64,000 bases of DNA from Gracilinanus agilis (Eukaryota): contig NC_058134.1 of the NCBI RefSeq assembly GCF_016433145.1, positions 283,761,249 through 283,825,248 on the forward strand, given 5' to 3'. Shown piece by piece: positions 35,801 to 47,719 of the stretch. Each line of letters begins with the position of its first letter. The stretch's first letter is position 1. Position numbers and translations under genes: made by a program. The notes beneath the pieces are model-generated. The model searched no databases. It saw only the letters and a program-made list of their open reading frames with translations, and had not been told where the DNA came from.

Positions 35801-38800
35801 ATGGAGGAGAGTGGAAATTCTGCGAGGGACGGCCCCAGGGCCACGACCAGTTTGGGTTCTGTCAGCAGGGAACCTCCGCTGCTTTCTCTCCTGACAACCA
35901 TTATCTCCTCTTTGGGGCGCCTGGAACCTACAACTGGAAGGGTGAGTCTCTCCGTATGATCGGGGTAAATGGTGGGGGATCCAACCTATCCCCAGTCTGC
36001 CTCTTCTAAGCTCCCTTCTTACCCCTGGGATCTTGGGATGCCTGTATCCGTCCCTGCTCTAGAGATGGAACCAGGGGCCGGTCTGCGGCCAGACAACCCA
36101 GTCTGCGCACAATCCTGTGTCCTGGTGGCATCTCTGCCGTGCTAGGCCAGCAGATGTGTGCACAGGGCCAAATAGACCCAGATCTCCCAGCACATGCACA
36201 CATCCCAGCATGAGTACCTGAGTGCATGGAAAGGTCCACTTATGGGCAGACACATGCCCTTGTCAGCATCTGAATGCATGAACACGTCAGCACACGCTCT
36301 CACATACCAACCCACACCTCTGCACGCTGCTCCTGGCTAGGCTGACACCTGGTGAGTGCAATGCTGAGTTTGGAGGGCTTCAGGGGGCTTGGGTGGAGGT
36401 TACACGGGGAGTTGTTTGGTTTCCTTGGGGGTCAGGCTGAGTGGCACCTCCCCCTGGCACTAAATGAGAATGTTGTTGCAGGCACTGCCCGGGTGGAACT
36501 CTGTGCCCAGGGCTCCATGGACCTGGCCCACTTGGACGACGGGCCCTACGAGGCGGGGGGAGAAAAGGAGCAGGACCCCCGCCTCATCCCTGTCCCTGCC
36601 AACAGCTACTTTGGTATGGGGCTCCTCAGCCCAGGGCTGCTCTAACCCATACTTCCTTTCTCTTCCCTCCCTCCATGCTCCCTTCCCTCTGTCTCTCCAT
36701 TGGTCTCTCTCTTTTGTCTCTTCCTGTCCTTGAGTTTCCATTTCTCTGTTACTCTTTCTTTCTCCATTTCCCTTTTTCTCCTCCTCCTCTTCTCTGATCT
36801 CTCTGTGTCTCCATCCCTTCTCCCCATATTGGTGTGTCCTCCCCACTCCCTACCTTTGGATGTCTTCTCTCCTCCTCTCCTTGGTGTTCTCCCCCTCACT
36901 CCCGCAGGGTTACTCTTTATGACCAACATTGATAGCTCAGATCCTGACCAGCTGGTGTATAAAACCCTGGAACCCGCTGACCGGCTCACGGCACCAGCTG
37001 GAGACTTGGCCCTCAATAGCTACTTAGGTTTGTAAGCCTCTCACCCCACCTCTTTGTTGGGCCACGAGGCCCTTACCCGTAGGACTCCCTCCTCCTCCTC
37101 CTCCTCCTCCCGGGTGACTCTCTTCTCTCCTTTCTCCCCATTTACCAAGCTGATGTTGACTCTGAGCTCCGAGACAGGAATGAAGCTGGTGGTGGGGTGG
37201 CCATGTCAGTTGAGAACACTGAGGAGGGATTGGAAACTCAGGAACTCTTGTAGGAGTGTCCAAGAAGGGAGAGCCGCCATTCCTCATCCTTGTTCTGGTC
37301 AGAGCAAGGGGCATGACTACAGCAGGCTGGGGGAAGCTAGCCATCAGGGAGACACAAAGATGTAGGGAGAGGGGACAGGGTAGCTCATTCCTGAGGTTAC
37401 AGGAGAGTTCCATGGGATGAGAGCAGAGGGAGAGTGGGGGGAAATACAGTCAAATTATCCTGGGTTTTTGGTAAGTCGCCTCTCCTCCAGTGGGGAGGAA
37501 ATGAGGCTTGGGAGCTGAGGGAGTGGGAGATCTGGTTTGGAGGGCTTCCNNNNNNNNNNNNNNNNNNNNNNNNNNNNNNNNNNNNNNNNNNNNNNNNNNN
37601 NNNNNNNNNNNNNNNNNNNNNNNNNNNNNNNNNNNNNNNNNNNNNNNNNNNNNNNNNNNNNNNNNNNNNNNNNNNNNNNNNNNNNNNNNNNNNNNNNNNN
37701 NNNNNNNNNNNNNNNNGAGAGGTAGATAGGCAGAGAGAAACACTAAGAGAGAAACACTAAGAGAGAGAGAGAGAGGCAGTTAGGCAGAGAGAAACAAAGA
37801 GAGAGAGAAAGAGAGAGAAAGAGAGAGAGAAACACACACACACAGAAAGAGAGAGAGGTAGATAGGCAGAGAGAAACACACAGAGAGAAACACTAAGAGA
37901 GAGAGAGAGGCAGTTAGGCAGAGAGAAACAAAGAGAGAGAGAAAGAGAGAGAGAAACACACACACAGAGAAAGAGAGAGAGGGAGGCAGATAGGCCGAGA
38001 GAAACAGAGATAGAGAGGCAAGCAGATAGGCAAAGAGAAAGAGAGAGAGAGAGAAAGAGAGAAAGAAAGAAAGAGAGAGAGTAGGATGGGGCTGGGGGGA
38101 AAGCACTGGGTGATACTCAGGGCTGCACGGAGTACTACTGGGCATTGCATGGATTACAGAGAGGAGCTCTTCTTTCCCACTTCTGGGAAAAAAACTGGGC
38201 TGGAATTGGCTCCTTTGCCCCCTCACCCCATGTACCTTTTCTACTGTCTACTCCTGTTGGTTGGTATCCTGCCCTTCCTGCTCCAGATCCCCACCCCACC
38301 CACCATGATGATCTCCCCACGATGCAGCTGAAGGCAGCCCCGAGTCCCAGTTGCCCTGCCTTTTAGAATTGGGAGGAGAGACTCTGGAGCTGTATTCTAG
38401 CAGTTGGAGGAGGGATGGGAAGACAGATGTAGGCAGCAGAAGCCGCTGCTCCCCATTGGGGCTTCCTGCCTTCCAGCAGACATTCTTTCTGAGGGTGTGA
38501 TCTTGTGCATGGGCCAGTTGTGGAGGTGTTCATCTGGCAGCTTTCTCCCTGCTTCTGATCCCCTTCCCCAGGCTTTTCCATTGACTCAGGGAAGGGCCTG
38601 ATGAGGGCAGATGAGCTGAGCTTTGTGGCAGGGGCCCCGAGGGCCAACCACACAGGCGCCGTGGTGATTCTTCGAAGGGACAGTGCCAGCCGACTGGTGC
38701 CCGAGGCTGTACTGCCTGGGGATCGCCTGACATCTGGCTTTGGCTATTCACTAGCTGTGGCTGACCTCAACAATGATGGGTAAGAAGGGCCAGCTCCAGA

Positions 38801-41800
38801 GATCGGCCAGTCACAACTGGGCACTGGGAAATGAGGCTCTGGGATTCCGGTCAGCTGGTAGAGGTTGCAGTGAAGGGGGAGTTTAAGGACATACCTGGGA
38901 AGGGTCCAGCCTACCCTTTCATTTTTGGTTATTGTTGGATGTGGTGGGTAGTTTCTTTGCTTTGACTGCTCTCTCTTGGATGGGGGAAGGTTCCGGTCGG
39001 GGTTTTCCAGCCATCACTGCTGTCTTTTCTCTTTCCGCAGCTGGACGGATTTGGTGGTGGGGGCCCCCTATTTCTTTGAACGACAGGAGGAGCTGGGGGG
39101 TGCTGTGTATGTATACGTGAACCAGGCAGGGCGCTGGGCAGGGGCTTCTCCTGTTCGGCTCTTTGGATCTCCTGGCTCTATGTTTGGGGTCAGTGTGGTC
39201 CACCTGGGGGACCTCAACCAGGACGGCTTTCCAGGTAGGACCCTGAGCAAGCAGAGAGAGACATAGAGAAATAAAGAAGCTAGTGGGAGGGCTGAGGTCA
39301 GGGGAGGTCAAGTTGGGTTAGGGAAAACTGAAGGTGTAGACTGTCTTTCCTTCCTGAGCCTCCCCATCCCTGCTGTTCTTCTCAGATATAGCTGTAGGCG
39401 CCCCCTTTGATGGACAAGGGAAGGTTTTCATCTATCACGGGAGTAGCCTGGGGGTTGTCCCCAAACCTGCCCAGGTGAGGATGAGGCTGGCCACAGGAAT
39501 GGGGACCAGCCACCTGAGGGATGGTGGAGGTGCATAGAGACCTTCAGGTGGTGGAAAGAGGTGATTGGAGGAGTTTTGAAAAGATGAGAGACTGAGGCAA
39601 GGCTGATGTGATATCTTTGGCTCCCAGGTGCTGGAGGGGGAGGCTGTGGGCATTCAGAGCTTTGGTTATTCGCTCTCTGGGGCCCTGGATGTGGATGGGA
39701 ATGCTTATCCTGACCTGTTGGTGGGCTCACTGGCTGACACTGTTGCGCTCTTCAGGTAAGAGTCTGACAATACCCCTGATCTCTGACTTGGGCCCCAATC
39801 CCGCTTTCTCCCAGCACATACACATACTCTGTTTTCTTCTTTTTTTAAACTTTATCTGTGTATTGGTTCTAAGGCAGAAGAGCAATGGGCTAAGGATAAG
39901 GATAAGGATGAGGGTTAAGGATAAGCAAAAGGGCTAAGCAAAAGTGACTTGGCCAGAGTCACACAGCTAGGAGATGTCTGAGGCCAGATTTGAACCCAGA
40001 TCCTCCCATCTCTAGGCATGGCTCTCTATTTACTGAGCTACCCAGCTTATTCTCTTAATAGTCTCGACTTTTGCTTCTTCGAGATGAATTCTGTTATTAA
40101 TTTTTTCAGCTCTATTAAATAATTCTTTGATAGTTTGTTTGGTATAGCAGTGAATAAATAAATAACTTAGATCAAATTGTCATTTTTATTATCTAATATA
40201 TTTGCCTTTTTTTAAAAAAAATGTAATAAGTACTTTGTAATGGTATTTATATAGGCCCTGGGTTTTCCTTGGCAGGCAGTCTCTCAAGTATTTTATATTG
40301 TCTATAGTTTATTTATTTATTTAAAAACCTCAAATCCCTTACCTTCTGTCTTAGAATCAGTACTAACTATTCATTCCAAGGCAGTTACTTTATTTATTTA
40401 TTTGTTTCTTCATTCATTTATTTATTTTCTAAACTTTTACCTTCCGTTGTAGACTCAATACTATGTGTTGGTTCTAAGGCAGAAGAGTGGTAAGGGCTAG
40501 GCAAAGTGACTTGCCCAGGGTCACACAGCTAGGAAGTGTCTGAGGTTGGATTTGAACCCAGGACCTCCCATCTCTGGGCCTGCCTCTCAATCCACTGAGC
40601 CACCCAGCTGCCTGCACTGCAGTTACTTTAAATGGAATTTCTCTTTCTATCTCTTGCTGCTGGGTTTTGTTGGTAGTATATAGAAATGCTAATGATTTAC
40701 ATGGTTTTAGTTTATATCCTGCGACTGCTAAAGTTGTTATTGCTTTGATAAGTTCTTTAGTTGATTCTCTAGGGTTTTCTAAGAATGCTACCACATCGTC
40801 TACCCATAGTAATAATTTCTTAACCAGATACAGCAATGATGTAATCTTTCTTAATATTATATTCTTATTGATCTCCCTGCTTTTTAATTATGTAATTCCC
40901 CACCTTGTACCATCACTTGAATCCCCAGGTCCCATCCAGTCCTCCATGTATCCCATGACATCTCTATCTCACCTCGAGCTATCGACCTAGAGCTGCCCAA
41001 CTGTGCTGATGGCCACATGGTCTGGTGAGGCAAGGCCCGGGGGAGCTGGGAGGGGGACAGCTGGTGCCAGAGCAAAAGCACTGGGTGTCAGATCAGATCT
41101 AGGGAGGAGTCCAGCCCCTGTTTGCTGTTTCCCACCTTTCCTAAGGTCCCTCTTCACCTCGATGGGTCTTAGTCTGCTAAACTTTAAAATGAGGAGGTTG
41201 GGAAAAAATGAATACATTGTTAATCTACCTAAAAAAAATGAAAAGGTTGGACTAGATGATTTCTAATCTTTTTAACTCTAAATCCTAAGTGTTAGGTCCC
41301 TGGGCCATTGGTTCTGGATGGTCTGAGTTTTGGTTCCTCCTTCCCACATCCTGTTTCCCAAATGTGACTTCTCTCATTCTGACTTGGTACTTTCATCCAG
41401 TCATGGCTGTCAGAGCATCTCTAGAACAGGAGCTGGGCAGGGTTCAGATCTCTGAATCTTCCCAGTACTTGACCTGGGGGAACTTTTCCTCTGCCCATAG
41501 TGTGGACCTCAGAGTCTGCTTCAGCTATATTGCCAATCCCAGGAGCTACAATCCCAGCGTTGGTGAGTGAAGACCATTGCTTTTATTTTTTGTCCTGGCT
41601 GGGTCAGTGTAGATGAGGGAGGATGCTGAGAGGGAGGGCAGGCTAGGATTGTTTCTCAATCCTTCTTCCCCATCTTCCAGGCCTGAATTATGTTTTGGAT
41701 GGGGATACAGATCGGCGGCTCCGTGGTCAGGTTCCTCGTGTATCTTTTCTCAATCGAAGTCCTACTGACCCCAAACACCAAACGTCAGGCACCGTGTGGC

Positions 41801-44800
41801 TTCGGCACCAGAATGACCGAGCGTGTGGGAATGCCACGTTTCAGCTGCAAGTGAGTAGGCAGGCCCTTGACCCATCCATCCCTCTTGTTTCCCCTTCAAC
41901 TCCCTCCTCTGGCACTCATTCCTATTTCACTATTTATTATTCAGGACTCAAAAAATGTTCCCAAATCTAGAGTAATGTTGGATGCATTTCAGGCTTCCCT
42001 TCTGTAGGCTGGACATCTTCTAGCTTCTTCCTCTCAAGTTTTCCTCCATCTGAGTTATCCCTTTAGAACTCTGAATCAGAGCTGGGCCTTTGGTTGGGAC
42101 TTGAGCAGGACCGAAGACTTGGGGACTGCAGGTGTGCTCTGTTTGAATCTGGCTTCTTTCTTCCCTGTTATCTCCCTTTCCAGGATAATGTCAAGGATAA
42201 GCTTCGAGCTGTCATAGTGACCCTGTCCTACAACCTCCAGCCTTCGAGAATCCAACGTCAGGTCTCTGGGCAAGAGTTGCTTCCACTGGCACCCATCCTT
42301 AATGCCCATCAGCCCAATACCCAGAGGGCAGAGGTGTGTGTAGTCACTGCCTGGAATGGGGCTGGGAGTGCTTGAGTGGGATGACCCACTGCTAGAGGAG
42401 AGGTTTTCCAGCGATCTCCCTTTCCTCTCCACTTTATCATCCTTAGGTCCACTTCCTCAAACAAGGTTGTGGAGAAGATAAGATCTGCCAGAGCAACTTG
42501 CAGCTCACCAGTGCCCGATTCTGTACCCGGGTTGGGGACACTGAGTTCCAGCCATTGCCGATGTGAGGAGGTGGGGAAGGGAGGGGATGGGAGTACTGAA
42601 GAGACTAGGGTGTCTAGGTCCTAGAAGGGAAGTCTCAGAAGGGGTAGAGTTAAATGGGAAGTCCTTGAAGTAGAAAGACCTATGATTCTTTTTCCCAAGA
42701 AGAGAGACTGAAAAGAGAGGGACTAAGAAAGAAGCAGAAAGGAAAGAGGTTGAAGCTCAGGAAGGGCTTCTTGATCACAGGGCAGGCCCATAGAGGAGGT
42801 AGAATACAGGGAACAGATGAGCTTTCCTCTAGAGAGAATGTCAAATCTGTCTCTTGGGTCTGGGTTGTGAGTTTGTAGCAGGGAATATATGGAGAATCGA
42901 GGGAAGATGGAAGAAAAGGAGGCAGAAGGAGGGATGAACTAGGAGTAGGAGCCTGAAAGGAGGAGACCAGGGACAGACTGGGCTTGGAGGATGAGACCAG
43001 AGACAGACAGAGATTTGGAGAATGGCTTCTGTAGTGAATGTCATCTCTGACTCCTCCAGGGATAAAGATGGAACCACAGCTGTGTTTGCCCTGAGTGGTC
43101 AGCCAGTCATTGGTCTGGAGCTGACTGTCACCAATCTGCCCTCAGACCCAGCCAAGCCTGAAGCTGATGGTGATGATGCCCATGAAGCTCAGCTCCTGGT
43201 TTCCCTTCCCAACTCTCTGCATTATGTTGGGGTGCGGGCTCTGGAGCCTGCGGTAAGAGACCCATGATGATCACCTGAGAAAGAGTAGAGGGTCTGGGAT
43301 GTCCTAGAGCCTCAACGGACTCTTCCTACCTTTTAGGAGAAACCCCTTTGTCTGTCTAATGAGAATGCTTCTCGAGTGGAGTGCGAGCTGGGAAATCCTA
43401 TGAAGAGAGGAGCCCAGGTTAGTATCTCTAACTCCCTCTTTGCCCCCAGGGCTTATTTATGGCAGCTGCTCCAAGCTCAGCCCTTTCTCTTCACTCTCCC
43501 TCCCTCCCTCCCCCAAGGTGACCTTCTACCTTATCCTTGGAACTTCAGGCATCACCATTGAGACCACAAAGCTCGAGGTGGAGCTATTACTGGCCACGTA
43601 AGACCAGGGGCATTGACATGTGGGGACTGGGAGAGGTCATGGAAAAGTGGAAAGGGGCACCTGTAATTTTCAGGGTGGACACGGTTTGGAAGCCTATGTA
43701 GGTTATACCTTCACCATCAGCAACCTTGTCCCTACTGCCACCCCCTAGGATCAGCGAGCAGGAGCTGCACCCAGTTACTGCCCTTGCTCAAGTCGTCATT
43801 GAGTTGCCACTGTCCATAGTGGGGTAAGTACTTTCAGTATCCTCTGAAGGCATCTTGCTGGACAGTCAGCTCCAGCTGAGATGGAAGCGTGATGGGGGTG
43901 GTTCTACCAGCTTCTACGCTCTGACTCCATCTGTTCTCCTTCCCTGGGGTTCTTGGCCCCAACCAAGTACTCACCTCTTCCATCACCTTATCTTCCCCCA
44001 ATTTCTGCATCGCCGTCTCCCTTCCCTTTGCTATGTCCACTTTCCATCTCTCTCCGTAGGAAGGTAATTCCTGAGAAGCTCTTCTTTTCCGGTGTGGTGA
44101 GGGGTGAGAGGGCCATGCAGTCAGAGAAGGATGTGGGCAGCAAGGTCAAGTATGAGATCACGGTGAGTGACAGCTGACCCATCTGCTCCTACTCTGTCCA
44201 TTTCTATTTACAAACCTGGTTGAATTAGGGTTGGGCTCCAGGGATTCCAGGGCTACTGTTAATTGTCCAGGCTCTTTGTAAGGTGACATGATACAGTAGA
44301 ATCAGAAGACTTGAGTTCAAATCTTGACTCTACCTCTTATCTACCTGTGTACCTTGGGCAAGCTATCTAACTAGTCTAGACTTCCATTTCCTCACCTGTA
44401 AAGTGAAGCTACTGTTTCCAGGAAAAGGACATAGTGTCCATATGATGGAAGGGGGAATTGAGGTGGCTTAGACTAGTGCCTTACACTATGTATGGAAGCA
44501 GGTGCTTTATAAATATTCATTCCGTTGGACTGAATTGATCTCACCCCTCGAGGGTTCTTAAGCTATTTGTGGTGTCCTGAACCCCTTTAGCCATGATCTG
44601 ACTCCTTCTGAGAATCATGTTTTAAAAGACATAAAATAAAATACATCAGATGAGAAAGGGAATCAATTTTATTGAAATGGTTGTCAAAATATACATGGCA
44701 AAAATCCAGATTTGTATACCTTAGGTGGCCCTAGAGCAGTGAAGACAGAGACATGCCTCTTCCCTGATCCCTTCAGTAGGAGCCTGGATTGGGAGGAAGA

Positions 44801-46915
44801 GATGCCTATTTTGTCTGGAAGACTTTTGTCCTTGTCAGGATTGGATCTCTCTTCTTGCCCCTCTGTGATCTTCCCTGCAGGCATTCAGAATACTTGGTAC
44901 AAAGGCTTAGTTCTTGAGTCTTTAAAAAATTTTGTAATTAAATTTAATTTTGCTTCCAGTTACGTGTAAGAAACAGTTGGCAATGTTTTAAAAAGAATGT
45001 TGAGTCTCCCATTTTCTCCCTCCCTCATTGCCTTGCTGAGATGTGCAATTGTCAAATATTTTTCCTTACTGATCCTTTTATGGAAGGAAATTTGAACAAA
45101 AAATTTAAGAAAGTGAAAAAAGTTTGCTTTGGTCTGGATTCAGACTCTATCAGTTCTTTCTCTGGAAGCAGATGGCATTTTTTTATCATGAGACCTCTGG
45201 CATTGTTTTGGATCATTGTTTTGTTGAGAAGTGCTAAGTTATTTACAGGTGTTCGTTGTATGATATTGTTTTTCTGTATATAATGTTCTACTGGTTCTGC
45301 TAACTTCACTCTGCTTTAGTTTGTGTAAATCTTTCCAGGTCTTTCAGAGCTCTTTCGGATCATCATTTCTTGTAGCACAATTGTATTCCACTACAATCAT
45401 ATGCCGTGTTACTCAGCTATTCCCCGATGGATGGGTATCCCCTCACTTTCCAATTCTTTGCCCCTACCAAAAGAGCTGCTTTAAATATTTTTGCATACAT
45501 AGGTCCTTCCCCTTTTTGTTTTTTTATCTCTCTAGGATGTAAACCTAGAAATGGTATTACTGAGTCAAAGGATAGGTGCTGTTTTTTTAGCCCTTTGGGC
45601 ATTGGTCCAAATCGCTTTCCAGCATGGTTGAATCAGTTCACAACTCCCCCAACAGGGGCATTTAGTGTCTCAGATTTCCCACATCCTCTCCAAGTTTTGT
45701 CATTTTTTTCTTCTGTCATAACAGCCAGTCTGATAGGTGGTACCTCAGAGTTGTTTAAATTTGCATTTCTCTAATTAATAGTGATTTAGAACATTTTTTT
45801 ACATGACTATAGTTTTAATTATTTTGTGCACTGCCAGTTCGTTTCCTTTGACAATCTCGATCCTTTTTGGTCACCGTCTTGACCCTTTCCCACCATTCAC
45901 CTTGGGCCTCTCTTTCCAGTTCTCTACCTTTGTGCCATCATACGTATTTGTAAACTTTTCAGCAAGTGCCAGATTTTGCACACTCACTGAACCTCTTCCA
46001 TGTTTTATTTTGTGCCCGCAGGTCTCTAATCAGGGCCAGTCACTGAACACTCTGGGCTCAGCTTTCCTGAATATCATGTGGCCACATGAGATCGCCAATG
46101 GGAAATGGCTCCTCTATCCCATGCGAGTGGAACTGGAGGGCAGTCGAGGACCTGGGCAGCAGGGGGACTGTGTCCCCAAGGCCAACATCCTTGGACTGGT
46201 AGAGTTGGGACTAGGGGTGAGGGGAGAGGTCAGGGAGTGGTGCTGGATATGCTACTGAATGAAGCTTCAGGATTGGGGGTCAAACTCTTGGGGAGGATCT
46301 CCTACAGGTCTGGGGGAGGAGAGGACAACTCTTTTAATGCTGGTCCCTCCCGACATGGGTCTGGCCTGGGCAAGGAAAGAGTGGACATTCCCCCGAGGCT
46401 CTGAGTTTGGTGCTTCTTGTGTTCCTTCTCTAGTACAGAGACAGTGGAGATCGGAAGCGAAGGGAGCTGGAACAGCCAGAGCCAAAGGCCAGCAGCTCAG
46501 CCCCCTGGTGGCCTGTGGCCTCTGCAGAGAAGAAGAAAAAGATCACCTTGGTAAGATAAAGGGAGGGAAAGGCATGAGGGTTGGGTGATTACGACAGGTA
46601 CAGTTCTGGATTTGGAATCGAATTCTGCCTCTGGTACTTTTTTACAGTTGTGACACTGGGCAAACTATTTCTCCTCTCTGGGTCTCAGTTTTATCATCTG
46701 CAAAATGGGATGGTTGGGACGGATGATTTCTGCTATCTCTTCTGGCTATAAATATAATGATCCTATACAGTGTGGAGGTGCCCCGTATAACCTGGTAGTG
46801 AACATCAGCACCATGGATTGTGGCCAGAGCCATGTTCTTGAACAGGGGAAGCAGATGCTAAGTTACTAGCCAGGGAGAGCCCCCTGTCTGATGGGTATTA
46901 TTGGATTGGAGGAAG

Positions 46916-46977
<62 letters not shown>

Positions 46978-47648
46978 TGATTCGGGGATAGCTGATTAGC
47001 TTGTTTTGGGTTTTATTTGTGTAAGGTTTGAATTTGAGCTGATTTTTCTCTAGCTCCCACATTATCTTAGGCAGCCTCTCATGAACCTGCCATTTTGAGC
47101 TCACGGATTACAGAATCATTTAATAGTTTGACTGAATTAGGAAGGTCAACGTGCATATTTCTTTTCTTTTCCTTATTTTCCGTCCTAATAACAACTCTAT
47201 GACAGAAGGACAAGGGCTAAGGCAATTGGGGGTAAGTGACTTGCCCAGAGGGTCACACAACTAGGAAATGTTTGAGGTCAGATTTGAACCCAGATCTTCC
47301 TGATTCCAGGTCTAGTCCTCTATCCACTGGGGCACCTTGTTGCTCACAACATGCATTAAAAAAATCAGGCACTGGATTTAAAATTTAAAAAATTTAAAAA
47401 TAAAAAAATATATTTTTGGGATTATCTGATGTTTTGGATTATCCATGCCTAAAATTTTTCCTTCTTTTGTTGAAAGCTGACTGTATGTGTGGAAGGGATA
47501 GGGACAAGATGGAATATTGCAGGCTGGATTAATAGTACAGTTAGCTGAGACTGCCAGATGAACAGTTGGATCCAGAGTACTGATTAGAGGATCAATGCCA
47601 TTTGGAATGGATGTTCTCTAGTAGAATGCCATAGGACTCTGTCCTTCC

Positions 47649-47719
<71 letters not shown>

